The notes beneath the pieces are model-generated. The model was not told the DNA's origin and did no database searches. It worked only from the letters and a program-made list of their open reading frames with translations. This document shows positions 1 through 12,043 of a stretch of 64,000 bases of DNA, one piece after another. Position 1 is the first letter of the stretch; every line of letters begins with the position of its first letter. The DNA comes from Dehalococcoidia bacterium (GTDB taxonomy: Bacteria > Chloroflexota > Dehalococcoidia > UBA2979), in assembly GCA_964291495.2 (NCBI GenBank), contig OZ219871.1:992001-1056000 (forward strand), read 5' to 3'. The position numbers were made by a program, and so were the translations under genes.

Positions 1-307
1 CGACGGCCTCGCCTCGACCGCGCGGGTGATCACGGCCGCGGCGGCGATCATGGTCGTCGTCTTTGCGAGCTTCGTGTTCGAGGACAACCGCAGCATCAAG
101 ATGTTCGGCCTCGGCCTGGCCGTCGCCGTGTTCCTCGACGCGACCGTGGTGCGGCTGCTGCTGGTGCCCGCGGCGATGGAGCTGCTGGGCGCTCGCAACT
201 GGTGGGTGCCCGGCTGGCTCGACCGCCTGCTGCCCCGGCTCACCATCGAGCACGCCCCGGAGCCCGAGCCGGTTCCCGTGACGACTGGCGGAGACGCCAC
301 TGAGTGA
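1..307 (+). CDS. MMPL/RND-family membrane transporter, C-terminal part (truncated by window start)
   Basis: Translation shows the MMPL C-terminal pattern VITAAAAIMVVVFASF...GLGLAVAVFLDATVVRLLLVPAAMELLGARNWW; TGA at 305-307. Confidence 0.85.
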   Translation, partial: DGLASTARVITAAAAIMVVVFASFVFEDNRSIKMFGLGLAVAVFLDATVVRLLLVPAAMELLGARNWWVPGWLDRLLPRLTIEHAPEPEPVPVTTGGDATE

Positions 308-1017
308 GAGGCGAGGGGCTTCGCGCGGTGCGTATCGTCTGCTGGAACATGGAGCACAAGCGGGCGAGCTGGCGCTTCCTGCGCGAGCGCCATGCCAACG
401 CCGATGTCGCACTCCTGCAGGAAGCCTGCACGCCCCCGGCGGAAGTCGCCGCGGGACTGGATACCGGTTCCGGTCCCTGGATCTACAAGGGCTGGAACGG
501 AGCCCGGGCGGTGGTTCGTCTCACGGACAGGATCGCCATCGAGCGCGTACCGGTCGCGGACATCATCGCCGCGTCGCCGCCGCGTTCGGCGATCGACACG
601 CCGGCTCGACTGTGCGTCGCTCTCTGCACCCTGCCCGATGGCGAACGGCTGGGCCTGGTGTCTGTCGAAACCGGGAGCGAGACGGCCCCGCGGGTACCGA
701 GGATGATCAGCGAGGTTCGGGAGTATTGCGGATCGAGCCTCCCCTGGATCGTGGGCGGCGACCTGACGACGTGGTGGGATAGCGAATCGACGGTGTTCGG
801 GGAGATGCAGCGGATCGGACTCCCTCTCGCCGGGCCGCACGCCCCCACCTTCTACAACCCGCGTCTCCGGCAGGGTCCAGCCGACGCGCGCTTGCAGCTC
901 GACTACGTGTTCGCATCCCGCTCCATCGCCCACCGCGTGAGCGTCCGTGCCCTCAACACTCCGAGCGACTGGGGGCCAAGCGATCACTGCCGGATCCTGA
1001 TCGATCTGATCGAGTAA
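304..1017 (+). CDS. Endonuclease/exonuclease/phosphatase (EEP) family protein
   Basis: Motifs IVCWN, DVALLQE, GGDLT, LDYVF, SDHC; GTG overlaps upstream stop. Confidence 0.8.
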   Translation: MRGEGLRAVRIVCWNMEHKRASWRFLRERHANADVALLQEACTPPAEVAAGLDTGSGPWIYKGWNGARAVVRLTDRIAIERVPVADIIAASPPRSAIDTPARLCVALCTLPDGERLGLVSVETGSETAPRVPRMISEVREYCGSSLPWIVGGDLTTWWDSESTVFGEMQRIGLPLAGPHAPTFYNPRLRQGPADARLQLDYVFASRSIAHRVSVRALNTPSDWGPSDHCRILIDLIE

Positions 1018-1041
1018 GGCCGGGGAGACCAGGAAGACCCC

Positions 1042-2004
1042 TTACCCCAGCCGCCGCAGCTTCTTGATGCTGCGCAGCTCCCGAGGCGGATCGAGGTGGC
1101 GGCCGCGGATCGTCCAGGCGGCCTCGGCGACGTAGATGTCGCCACGCGAGTCGACCGCGATGCCGTGCGGGGCGATGAAACGGCCCGCCTCCTCGCCCTC
1201 CTCCGGATCGCCGAGGCGCGCGAGCAGCTCGCCCTCGCGGTTGAGGATGCTGACGCGGTGGCCGACGCCGAGCGCGCCCTCCAGGCGCGCGAAGCCGTTC
1301 AGCTCGCCGATGTAGATCAGGCCGTCCCCGCCCATCGTCATGCCGCAGGGCCGGTGGATGTTGTTCCACAGCGCCAGCGGCTCGCCGTCGCGGTCGAAGA
1401 CCTGGACGCGGTGGCTCTCGCGGTCCGCGACGTAGATGCGGTCCTCCTCGTCGATCGCGAGGTTGTGCGGCACCATGAACTGGCCGATGTCGATGCCCGC
1501 CTCGCCCCAGGACAGCTCGTACTCGCCCTCGGCGGAGTAGCGGTGGATGCGCGCGTTGCCGTAGCCGTCGCTGATGAAGATCGAGCCGTCGTGCGAGGAG
1601 ACGGCAGCGTCCGTCGGGCGGTTGAAGGGGTCGCCGCTGTAGGCCTCGGCGGAGACGCCCGGCTCGCCGATAGTCAGGACGAGCTCGCCTTCGCGGGTCC
1701 ACTTCGTGATCGTATGGGAGCCGTCGTCGGAGCAGTAGAGGAAGCCGTCCGGCCCGACGCTGATCGCGTGCGTGCGGTCCGTGAACACGCCCTCGCCGAA
1801 CGAGCGCACGAAGCCCCCGTCCGGATCGAGGACGACGACGGGGTTCGCGGTCTGCCTCGTGAGCAGGTAGACAAGGTCCTCGGCATCGACGGCTACGCCG
1901 GCGCACTCGACGAGGTTCATGCCCGCGGGCAGCCGCTCCCAGGCCGCCAGCGCCTCGTAGCGGAACGCCCCGGTCCCGAGTTCGACCGAGTCTGTTGCGA
2001 CCAT
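1042..2004 (-). CDS. NHL-repeat beta-propeller protein (peptidyl-alpha-hydroxyglycine alpha-amidating lyase-like)
   Basis: Repeated NHL motifs FNRPTDAAV, IFISDGYGNARI, FMVPHNLAID, IYVADRESHRVQVF, FIAPHGIAVD; ATG at 2004 chosen. Confidence 0.85.
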   Translation of the reverse strand: MVATDSVELGTGAFRYEALAAWERLPAGMNLVECAGVAVDAEDLVYLLTRQTANPVVVLDPDGGFVRSFGEGVFTDRTHAISVGPDGFLYCSDDGSHTITKWTREGELVLTIGEPGVSAEAYSGDPFNRPTDAAVSSHDGSIFISDGYGNARIHRYSAEGEYELSWGEAGIDIGQFMVPHNLAIDEEDRIYVADRESHRVQVFDRDGEPLALWNNIHRPCGMTMGGDGLIYIGELNGFARLEGALGVGHRVSILNREGELLARLGDPEEGEEAGRFIAPHGIAVDSRGDIYVAEAAWTIRGRHLDPPRELRSIKKLRRLG

Positions 2005-2204
2005 GCCGCACCCCCTCGCCTGCGGCGCGAGTATCGCACCGCGGGCAAGGGCGTGACGCTTCTGTCCAGGGACAGCTGGGGCTGCGTTGCCAGGCGCTGC
2101 CCCCGAATCGGAATCGCTAACATGTGGAGGCCGGAAGATCGCCACTACGAGGCTCACGTCTGGCCGAGCGCCTCCGCGTGGGGAGGGTGATTGCGGTGCG
2201 TTGG

Positions 2205-4169
2205 ATGTCCGTCCACAGTCTCGTTGTGCTCGTTCTGGCGGCGTTCGCGCTCTCAACAACCGGCACTGGCTGCGATTCCGCCAACCGTCCCGCGCCTGCT
2301 ATCGCAACAGCGGTGGCGACGCCGACCCCAACGTCGACGCCGGAGCCAACCCCGACCGCGACGCCCGAGTCGATTCCAACCGCGACGCCGAAGCCAACCC
2401 CGACCGCGACGCCCGAGTCAACCCCGACCGCGACGTCCAAGCCAACCCCAACCGCGACCCCCGAGCCAACCCCAACCGCGACGCCCGAGCCAACCCCGAC
2501 CGCGACCCCCGAGTCAACGCCAACCGCGACCGCGACGTCGAAGCCAACCCCGACCGCGATGCCCGACCAAACCCCGACCGCGATGCCCGATCAAACCCCG
2601 ACCGCGATGCCCGATCAAACCCCGACCGCGATGCCCGATCAAACCCCGACCGCGATGCCCGATCAAACCCCGACCGCGACCCCCGAGCCAACCCCGACCG
2701 CGACGCCCGAGTCAACGCCAACCGCGACGCCCGAGCCGCCCGAGGTCACGTTCCCCGGCGGCCTCCACGATGAACTTGGCTCCGGTTTTCTCGAGCAGGT
2801 GCGGCGGGATGTCCGCTGGGTGGTCGCGGTGATGGCTCGACGCTTCGAGTTCGAGATCGATCCGGAACGGTTGGAGATCCGGATACCGACGACCCCGGAT
2901 GCGCTGAGACAGCAGTACGACATCTTCGGCCGGCTACCGGGGCAGCCGCTCGCCGGCTTCGCCCGGCCGGCCACCGGCGGAGAGACGAAGCACCTCATTG
3001 TCCTGCCCGGGACGAAGTGGGGAGGCCGAAACCAATACGGCGACTGGATTACCCGTGACGCCCGTCCGAGCCTTGCCCACGAGTACTACCACGTTATGCA
3101 GTTTGAGCTCTCCGCCGGGAGATCGGTGGAGGCGCCGGATTGGCTCGTGGAAGGCACCGCGACTCGATTCGACTACCAGGTGGACGGCAAGCCGTACGAG
3201 ACGGACGAAGTGCAGCACCTGACCACGCAGCTTGATCTGAGCAATCTCTCCGTCCCCAGCTACCGCGTGCACAGCGTCGGGGTGGCGGCGGTCTCCATGC
3301 TCGCCGACCTCGCCGGTCCCGAGGCGCTCGTTGAGTACTGGGCCAACCTGGCGCCCGAGAACGGCAAGGCTGTGCACCATTCCATCGTCTTTGAACAGAC
3401 GTTTGGCCTGTCCGTGGAGGAGTTCACCCAGCACTTCCACGAGGTCCGTCGACCCTTGTTCACGCTCGTGAGCGGGAAGGTCCGCGCGTCCGATGGACCC
3501 GCTCCTCCCATTTGGATTTGGGCCTCCCCCAGCCGATTCATCGACACGTACGGCATCGAGGGGCGTCAGTGGACGGCAGAGACTCAAGACGACGGCTCGT
3601 TCTCCATGACGCTACCCAGGTATGACTCGGATCGTTCGACGCCGCTCGACTGGAGGTTCTTTCTGGCGCGGCGCATCGCGAGCCGGGAGGACACCCGCTT
3701 CTTCCTATCCGGCTGCGAAGCCGTGGTGGCAGCGGACCGAAGCCCGCAGCGAAACGCCGATTCGGCCCCATACATCCTGATGAGCCCGGACGAAACGGTC
3801 GGGGATCTCGATTTCTACGTCTCCACGAACTTCTGCAAGTACTGGGTCAGCGCTCGCTTGACGGATGCGGCTGGTGAACCTCTCGAAATCTTCAGCCCAA
3901 ACTTCTGTATGTCAACGGCCGGCCCGTGCATGTCGATCTTTGGTCGTCAGCCGGGCGACGACTACAGCACCGAGGTTTTCCTGGCGGATTCGTACGTCCT
4001 CGTCTCACCGGCGAACTGCGCCACGCGAACGTCCCGTGGCCAGGTGTGGTATGTCGCGGACGGCTACTTCACGCCCAACTACGAGGAGGCCTATCGATTC
4101 ACACCCAGCCTGGAGAAGAGCACGATCTCGCTCCGCATCACGCAGCAGCCCCCGTGCGAAGCAGAGTAG
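2205..4169 (+). CDS. Secreted/lipoprotein with Pro/Thr-rich linker and zincin-like HEXXH domain
   Basis: Hydrophobic N-terminus ending ...GTGC, ~140 aa PTPTATPE repeats, LAHEYYH...WLVEGTA; start uncertain (2124 or 2205). Confidence 0.7.
   Translation: MSVHSLVVLVLAAFALSTTGTGCDSANRPAPAIATAVATPTPTSTPEPTPTATPESIPTATPKPTPTATPESTPTATSKPTPTATPEPTPTATPEPTPTATPESTPTATATSKPTPTAMPDQTPTAMPDQTPTAMPDQTPTAMPDQTPTAMPDQTPTATPEPTPTATPESTPTATPEPPEVTFPGGLHDELGSGFLEQVRRDVRWVVAVMARRFEFEIDPERLEIRIPTTPDALRQQYDIFGRLPGQPLAGFARPATGGETKHLIVLPGTKWGGRNQYGDWITRDARPSLAHEYYHVMQFELSAGRSVEAPDWLVEGTATRFDYQVDGKPYETDEVQHLTTQLDLSNLSVPSYRVHSVGVAAVSMLADLAGPEALVEYWANLAPENGKAVHHSIVFEQTFGLSVEEFTQHFHEVRRPLFTLVSGKVRASDGPAPPIWIWASPSRFIDTYGIEGRQWTAETQDDGSFSMTLPRYDSDRSTPLDWRFFLARRIASREDTRFFLSGCEAVVAADRSPQRNADSAPYILMSPDETVGDLDFYVSTNFCKYWVSARLTDAAGEPLEIFSPNFCMSTAGPCMSIFGRQPGDDYSTEVFLADSYVLVSPANCATRTSRGQVWYVADGYFTPNYEEAYRFTPSLEKSTISLRITQQPPCEAE
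2320..2740 (+). repeat. Coding tandem repeat of 24-nt units (PTPTATPE / PTAMPDQT), with about five near-identical CCGACCGCGATGCCCGATCAAACC copies
   Basis: Directly visible periodic sequence; most homogeneous block is ~2550-2680. Confidence 0.9.
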
Positions 4170-4248
4170 CTTCGATCGCGTTGGCCTCGTGCGCCCACAG
4201 GCAGAGCGCAGGATGTCGCATTCGAGGCTCGTATCGGCCCGACTGCCC

Positions 4249-4671
4249 TCAGCCGCCGCTCTCGCTCCAGAGGTGGCGGCCGACGGCGAGGGCGACGACG
4301 ACGAAGAGCGAGTCGACGAGCGGAAAGTAGATGACGTGCGAGGTCACCGCCTCGCCGCTCTCGCTGTCCGGGTTGAGCGTCCAGATCCAGCCCCAGAAGA
4401 ACAGCATTGTGAGGACGATCGACGCGTAGAAGAGGGCGGTCACCCCGACGGACTCGAGGGTTGCGGGCTCGCCGCTTCCGACGTCGCGCCAGCGCAGGAA
4501 GCTCACCACGAGCGCGACCAGCGTCGAGGCCGCCATGAACCAGTTGATCACCTCCCACACGGGGTAGTCGGGCGAGCCGTCGTGGTAGACGGGCGTCAGA
4601 ATCAGGTTCACCGCCACGGCGACCGCCGTCGCCACGAGCAGCACCGCCAGCAGCCGCTTCACCAGCTCCAT
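4249..4671 (-). CDS. Hypothetical four-TM membrane protein
   Basis: 140 aa ORF with four hydrophobic segments and an AAGG-type RBS upstream. Confidence 0.7.
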   Translation of the reverse strand: MELVKRLLAVLLVATAVAVAVNLILTPVYHDGSPDYPVWEVINWFMAASTLVALVVSFLRWRDVGSGEPATLESVGVTALFYASIVLTMLFFWGWIWTLNPDSESGEAVTSHVIYFPLVDSLFVVVALAVGRHLWSESGG

Positions 4672-4713
4672 CGTCGTGCCTTCCTTCCCTTGGGCGTCCA
4701 GTGTCTCGCTGCG

Positions 4714-5859
4714 TCAGCCACTCGTCTCGAAACGGTCGAGGCGGAAGAGGGAGATGTCGTGGGCCGTCTCGCCGCGCGTGGCGAGGTCCGCCATGATCTC
4801 GCCGACGACGCTGCAGAACTTGTAGCCGTGGCCTGAGAAGCCCGCCCCCACGAAGACATTCGGCATGCCGGGCAGCGCGTCGATGATGAAGTGCTCGTCA
4901 GGGGTGTTCGTGAACATGCAGGCCTTCAGGGACAGCGTCGGCCCGTTCGCGTCCGGGAAGTAGCGGGCGACCGCCTGCCGCAGCACCGCCTCGTCCTCGT
5001 CACGGACGTCGCGGTCGAGGTCCTCGGCGGTCGTCGCCTCGCCGAGGTGGTGGAACTTGCCGATCTTGAAGCCGGGGATGCCGAAGACGGGGAAGCTGTA
5101 GTAGAGCCCCTCCTCGAATTCGCCGATCACGACCGGGCAGGCCTCGGGCGCGAACAGCTCCGGCCGCCGCGGCTGGAACCAGCCCATCACCTGCCGCTCC
5201 GGTTGCAGCAGGCCGTCCAGCGAGGACGCCACCGGCCCCGCCCACGCGCCCGAGGTGATGACCAGCGCACCCGCCTCGTACGACCCGCGGCTGGTCTTGA
5301 CGCGCACGCGGTCGCCCGTGCTGTCCCACTCCAGCACCGCCTCGCGGGCGCGGACCTCGCCGCCACGCTCCTGCGCTGCGGAGACGTGGCTCACGATGGC
5401 GCGCTCGGAGAGCACGAAGCCGCCGTCCGGCTGGTAGACGCCCATCCAGCCCTCCGGAGGGCGCACGCCGGGAAAGTGCCCGCTCAGCTCCGAGCTCGTC
5501 AGGACCTCGTGCGGCAGGGCGTGCTCCTCGCAGGATTGCAGCGAGCCGGGGAAGACCATGCCGTCCTCGGGGCCGACGTCGAGCGAGCCCGTGATGTGCA
5601 GCAACTGCTCGCCGCTCGCCAACTCCAGCTCGAGCCAGCGCTCGTAGGCGCGACGCAGCAGCGGGACGTAGGAGGGGTGCTCGAAGTAGGCGAGGCGGAT
5701 GATGCGGTTCACCCCGTGCGACGACCCCAGCTCGTGCGGCACGTCGAAGCGCTCGAGGCCGAGCACGCGCAGCCCGCGGCTGGCGAGCTCATGGACCGTC
5801 GCCGAGCCCATCCCCCCGACGCCGATCACGATCACGTCGTACGTGCCGTTCGCGCTCAT
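4714..5859 (-). CDS. solA: N-methyl-L-tryptophan oxidase / monomeric sarcosine oxidase family
   Basis: YDVIVIGVGGMGS FAD motif, GSSHGVNRIIR, CMFTNTPDEHFIID, GFSGHGYKF. Confidence 0.88.
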   Translation of the reverse strand: MSANGTYDVIVIGVGGMGSATVHELASRGLRVLGLERFDVPHELGSSHGVNRIIRLAYFEHPSYVPLLRRAYERWLELELASGEQLLHITGSLDVGPEDGMVFPGSLQSCEEHALPHEVLTSSELSGHFPGVRPPEGWMGVYQPDGGFVLSERAIVSHVSAAQERGGEVRAREAVLEWDSTGDRVRVKTSRGSYEAGALVITSGAWAGPVASSLDGLLQPERQVMGWFQPRRPELFAPEACPVVIGEFEEGLYYSFPVFGIPGFKIGKFHHLGEATTAEDLDRDVRDEDEAVLRQAVARYFPDANGPTLSLKACMFTNTPDEHFIIDALPGMPNVFVGAGFSGHGYKFCSVVGEIMADLATRGETAHDISLFRLDRFETSG

Positions 5860-5955
5860 GCGGCTCCGTCCTCGGCCGCGCCGTCCCCGGCCCGCTGCGC
5901 CTTCAACAATAGGCGCTCGCGCCAGGCGGCCGGACGGGCAAAGATGGCGCCAGCG

Positions 5956-7877
<1,922 letters not shown>

Positions 7878-7881
<4 letters not shown>

Positions 7882-8642
7882 GCGAGGCGAGACGCGCGAG
7901 GAGAGGCAGCCGGGTGGCGGAGCGGGACAGCGTCCGCGTCGGCGACGCGGTGATCGAGTACGAGATTCGCCGCAGCGAGCGGCGCAAGAAGACGGTGCAG
8001 ATCAGAATCGACGGCGCATCCGTGCGGGTCGCCGCGCCCTCGGCAACGCCCGACGGCGAGCTGCGCGCCCTCGTCCGCAAGCGGGCGCCCTGGATCCTCA
8101 AACGCCTCTCCGAGGCAGTCCCGGAGGCCGGAGGGGCGCGATTCGTCAGCGGCGAGACGCTGCCCTACCTCGGCCAGCACGTCCCGCTGGTCGTCGTGCG
8201 CGGCGACGCGCCCTCGCCGCAGGTGCGGCTCGACCGCCGGACCTTCCGGATCGTCGTGCCAGGGGACCTCGATGGCGGTGAACGTGACGAGCAGATCCGG
8301 AGCGCCGTTGTCGCGTGGTATGCGGCTCGCGCGGCGGAGCGCTTCCCCGCTGCGGTCGACCGCTGGTGGCCGCGGCTCGGTTGCGGCGAGCCGTCGCGAG
8401 TGCTGATCCGCGACCAGCGCCGCCGCTGGGGCAGCTGCGCCTCGGACGGCACGCTGCGCTTCAGCTGGCGGGGGATGATGTTGGAGCCCGCGCTGATCGA
8501 CTACATCGTTGTCCACGAGCTGGCTCATCTGACGGTCCGGAACCACTCGCCGGACTTCTGGACGCTGGTCGCCAGCGCGCTGCCCGATGCTCAGGAGCGG
8601 CGCATGCGGCTGCGCGAGGCCGGGCGCGCGCTCCCGCTCTGA
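7878..8642 (+). CDS. YgjP/DUF45 (M48/SprT-like) metal-dependent hydrolase
   Basis: RRWGSC and YIVVHELAHL..NHSPDFW motifs; GTGA overlap with ABC-F stop. Confidence 0.85.
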
Positions 8643-8720
8643 CGCCCACCGCCGCGCGTGCGGCGCTAGACTGCGCGCGGTGCGCCTCGTGCGGCGGGGC
8701 GCGAGCGAAGGGGGACCACC

Positions 8721-9815
8721 GTGCAGGCCGTCGTGTTCCATGAGCTGGGCAAGCCACCGGCCATCGAGGAGGTCGATCTCGCGCCGCCGAAGGCGCGCGA
8801 GGTGCGTGTGAAGGTCGTCGCCAGCGGACTCTGCCACTCCGACATCCACCGCCTGCACGGTCACCTGCCCTCGGCGACGCCGATGGTGATGGGTCACGAG
8901 GGCTCCGGCGTCGTCGAAGAGATCGGAGAGGCCGTCACCGACGTCGCGCCCGGCGACCACGTCGTGATCAGCTTCGGGCCGTATTGCGGCGGCTGCCGCT
9001 CGTGCAGCGACGGGCGCTTCAGCAACTGCGAGCGCAAGCTCGCCAACGCGCAGCGCGGCAACCTGCTCGACGGCACCAGCCGGCTCAGCCTCGACGGGCA
9101 GCGGATCAGCCACCAGTCCTCGGTCTCCTCGTTCGCGCAGGAGGCCGTCGTCCACGAGTCGAGCGCGGTGAGGGTGCGCGAGGACGCGCCGCTGGAGACG
9201 ATCGCGCTGCTCGGCTGCGGGGCCACCTCCGGCCTCGCGCCGGTCTTCAACGACGCGCAGGTCGAGGCCGGCAGCACCGTCGCCGTGATCGGCGTCGGCG
9301 GCCTCGGGCTCAACACCGTGCAGGCCTCGGCGCTCTCGGGTGCGCTCACGATCATCGCCGTCGACCTGCTCGACCACCGCCTCGACCAGGCGCGCGAGTT
9401 CGGCGCGACGCACGCGATCAACGCCTCGCAGCAGGACCCGATCGCCGAAGTGCAGCGCATCAGCGGCGGAGGCGTGGACTACGCCTTCGAGGTGATCGGA
9501 CTGCCGGAGACGGTGCTGCAGGCGATCCAGATGGTGCGGCCCGGCGGCGAGACGATCGTGATCGGCGCGCTCTCCGGGGACGCCGTGGTCTCGATCCCCT
9601 GGATGGGCATGATGCGCGGTCCACTGCGCCGCAGCGGCTTCAGCGCCTCGCGGCCGAACGTCGACATCCCGCGCTACGTCGACCTCTACATGGCGGGCAA
9701 GCTGCGCTTCGACGAGCTGGTGACGGGCCGCTACCCGCTGAGCGGCTTCAACGACGCCGTCGAGGTGATGGAGCGCGGCGAGGGCGTGCGCAACATCATC
9801 CACCCCAACGGGTAG
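8721..9815 (+). CDS. Zn-dependent alcohol dehydrogenase (class III-like MDR)
   Basis: GLCHSD, GHEGSG, CxxCxxC...C structural Zn site, GVGGLG. Confidence 0.92.
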   Translation: MQAVVFHELGKPPAIEEVDLAPPKAREVRVKVVASGLCHSDIHRLHGHLPSATPMVMGHEGSGVVEEIGEAVTDVAPGDHVVISFGPYCGGCRSCSDGRFSNCERKLANAQRGNLLDGTSRLSLDGQRISHQSSVSSFAQEAVVHESSAVRVREDAPLETIALLGCGATSGLAPVFNDAQVEAGSTVAVIGVGGLGLNTVQASALSGALTIIAVDLLDHRLDQAREFGATHAINASQQDPIAEVQRISGGGVDYAFEVIGLPETVLQAIQMVRPGGETIVIGALSGDAVVSIPWMGMMRGPLRRSGFSASRPNVDIPRYVDLYMAGKLRFDELVTGRYPLSGFNDAVEVMERGEGVRNIIHPNG

Positions 9816-9839
9816 GGGCGCGATGACGACCGCGCAGGC

Positions 9840-10253
9840 TCACGGCTCCACGCGCTCCACGTCAGCGAGGAGGTCGAAGTCCCTGTCGTAGCTCACGATC
9901 TCCGACACGCCCTGCCGCTCCATGTGAGCAACCACCAGCGCGTCCTCGAAGTCAAGAAACGGGGAGGAGGCGTAGAGGTCCAGCGCCCGGATGTAGACGC
10001 GCTTCTGAGGTAGCCTGAGACCCCGGAGCGTCAGAATCGGCACCAGCCGGGCCCGGATCTCCTCGTGGCTCAGCCTGTACGGGGCGCGCTGCGAGGACAG
10101 CACGTAAACGACCTCCGTGACGATGGCTTCGCACGTGACGAGCTCCTCCGCACCTTCCTGCACCTGCTGGAACAGCCGGTAGCAGGCCTCTGCCTTGACC
10201 TCGTCGTCCCTCGTCAGGTAGCGGAGGATGACGTTCGTATCGAGGAACCTCAC
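9840..10253 (-). CDS. vapC: PIN-domain (VapC) toxin
   Basis: FLDTNVILRYL, EVVYVL, DFEDA, SYDRDFD acidic PIN motifs. Confidence 0.88.
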   Translation of the reverse strand: MRFLDTNVILRYLTRDDEVKAEACYRLFQQVQEGAEELVTCEAIVTEVVYVLSSQRAPYRLSHEEIRARLVPILTLRGLRLPQKRVYIRALDLYASSPFLDFEDALVVAHMERQGVSEIVSYDRDFDLLADVERVEP

Positions 10254-10519
10254 GCCTCAGCAAGCTCCCGCGCGGTCTGCTCCGCCTTGGCGTCCTTCGC
10301 GTCCCGAGTCGCCTGCTCGAGGTCTTCCGGACCCGCGACGGGCCTTACCGAGCCGTACGCCGACTCAAGGCTGAAGGACGCTGGCGCAAGGCGAACCACA
10401 CCGCCGTCCTCGATGGTGAAGGCCACCTTGTCCCTCGGCTTCAGGCCGAGGAGCTGCCGCACCTCGGCGGGGATGGTGACCTGGTTCCGCTGAGTGGTGG
10501 CTGCGGTGATCTCCTTCAT
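10250..10519 (-). CDS. AbrB/MazE/SpoVT-family antitoxin
   Basis: QVTIPAEVRQLLGLKPRDKVAF; 4-nt overlap with PIN gene. Confidence 0.88.
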   Translation of the reverse strand: MKEITAATTQRNQVTIPAEVRQLLGLKPRDKVAFTIEDGGVVRLAPASFSLESAYGSVRPVAGPEDLEQATRDAKDAKAEQTARELAEA

Positions 10520-10740
10520 GTCGCCCCCGTACCGCAATGTAATGATCTGCATGAAGTGCATTTGACACATCACATTGTACACGGTTCGAACCAACGCAAC
10601 CAACCGTCACGCGCGTGAGCCCGATAGGCCCCGCACCCCTCGCCCGCAACGGGCGCTCTGGTAGGCTGGCCTCCCGCGCCGCGGCCACCGAGGCCAGCGA
10701 GCGCACCACGAGGCAACACGACGTACGGGAGAGGCAACAG

Positions 10741-12036
10741 ATGACCACCACCGAGCGGCGCTACCCGAGGATCACCGACGAGGGCATCGCGGCGATGCGC
10801 GCGCGTGTCGGCATACCCGCGAAGCGCGACGACCGCGGCAAGTACACCCAGATCAACGCCGACGCCGCGCGCGGGTACTCGATCGCCACCGGCGACCTCA
10901 ACCCGCTCTACGTCGACGCCGACCACGCGCGCGCCAGCCGCTGGGGCGACACCGTCGCGCCTCCCGGCATCCTGCTCGCCACCGGCGAGCCGGAGGGCCG
11001 TGACATCACCCCCGAGGAGCGCGAGGCCGGGCGCGGCGGCGCCCTCCCCGGCGTGCACGGCATGTTCGCCGGCCGCGACTTCGAGTGGTACGCGCCGATG
11101 CTCGCGGGCGACACGATCTACAAGGTCACCTACGAGGCCGGCTTCTACGAGAAGGACGGCAAGTTCACCGGCAGCCGCCAGATCCTCCAGATGGTCGAGA
11201 CGCTGTTCCGCAACCAGCGCCACGAGGTCGTCGCCAAGATGCTCGGCTGGCGCATGCGCACCGAGCGCGACGCCGCCCGCGAGCGCAAGTCCGTCTTCCG
11301 CGAGTCCCGCGTCTGGAGCGACGAGGAGCTGGCCGAGATCGACGAGGCCTACGCGCGTGAGACCTGGCGCGGCCCGGAGCCCCGCTACTGGGAGGACGTG
11401 CAGATCGGCGACAGCCTCGGCGAGATGGTGCGCGGCCCCTTCCGCGTCACCGACGGCGTCGCCTGGGAGATGGGCTGGGGCGGCCCCTACGCGCGCACCG
11501 GCAAGTCCGACCACGCCTTCCGCATGCGCCACCCCGGCGCCTACACGCAGGACCCGCGAGGCGTCTGGGACGTCGTCGAGCGCGTCCATTGGGACGACGA
11601 GTTCGCACGCGAGATCGGCGTGCCCGCCGCCTACGACTACGGCGCGCAGCGCGTCGGCTGGACCTGCAACTTCCTCACCAACTGGATGGGCGACGACGCC
11701 TGGCTGAAGCGCATGTGGGTCCAGATCCGCAAGTTCAACATCCTCGGCGACCTCCAGACCTTCACCGGGGAGGTGATCGACAAGCGCATCGAGGATGGCG
11801 AGTACCAGGTCGTCTGCGACTTCCAGGCGATCAACCAGCTCAACGAGATCACGACGCCGGGCCAGGCGATCATCCTGCTGCCCTCGCGCGAGGCCGGGAA
11901 CCCGCAGCTGCCGACCGGCAGCCAGCCGCCGTACCCGACCTGGGAGGGCGACAAGAAGGTCGTGCCCGTCGGCCCCTCGCGGTTCCAGCCGGTCTCGTCG
12001 ACGCACGGCTTCCGCATGGTCGGCCTCCAGGACTAG
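10741..12036 (+). CDS. Double hot-dog (MaoC/FAS1-type) acyl-CoA dehydratase-like protein
   Basis: GDLNPLY..A..SRWG..VAPP, MFAG..FEWY in the N-domain; YWEDVQIGD and VHWD..FA..IGVP.AYD.G in the C-domain. Confidence 0.8.
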   Translation: MTTTERRYPRITDEGIAAMRARVGIPAKRDDRGKYTQINADAARGYSIATGDLNPLYVDADHARASRWGDTVAPPGILLATGEPEGRDITPEEREAGRGGALPGVHGMFAGRDFEWYAPMLAGDTIYKVTYEAGFYEKDGKFTGSRQILQMVETLFRNQRHEVVAKMLGWRMRTERDAARERKSVFRESRVWSDEELAEIDEAYARETWRGPEPRYWEDVQIGDSLGEMVRGPFRVTDGVAWEMGWGGPYARTGKSDHAFRMRHPGAYTQDPRGVWDVVERVHWDDEFAREIGVPAAYDYGAQRVGWTCNFLTNWMGDDAWLKRMWVQIRKFNILGDLQTFTGEVIDKRIEDGEYQVVCDFQAINQLNEITTPGQAIILLPSREAGNPQLPTGSQPPYPTWEGDKKVVPVGPSRFQPVSSTHGFRMVGLQD

Positions 12037-12043
12037 CCCGACC

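Noticed and set aside
2320-2740. Regular short repeats that could be taken for a CRISPR array
   Set aside because: 24-nt in-frame units without unique spacers, encoding a Pro/Thr linker; no cas operon nearby
10520-10610. AT-rich segment with GGTTCGAACC resembling a tRNA T-arm
   Set aside because: No cloverleaf can be built; more likely the promoter/operator region of the TA pair
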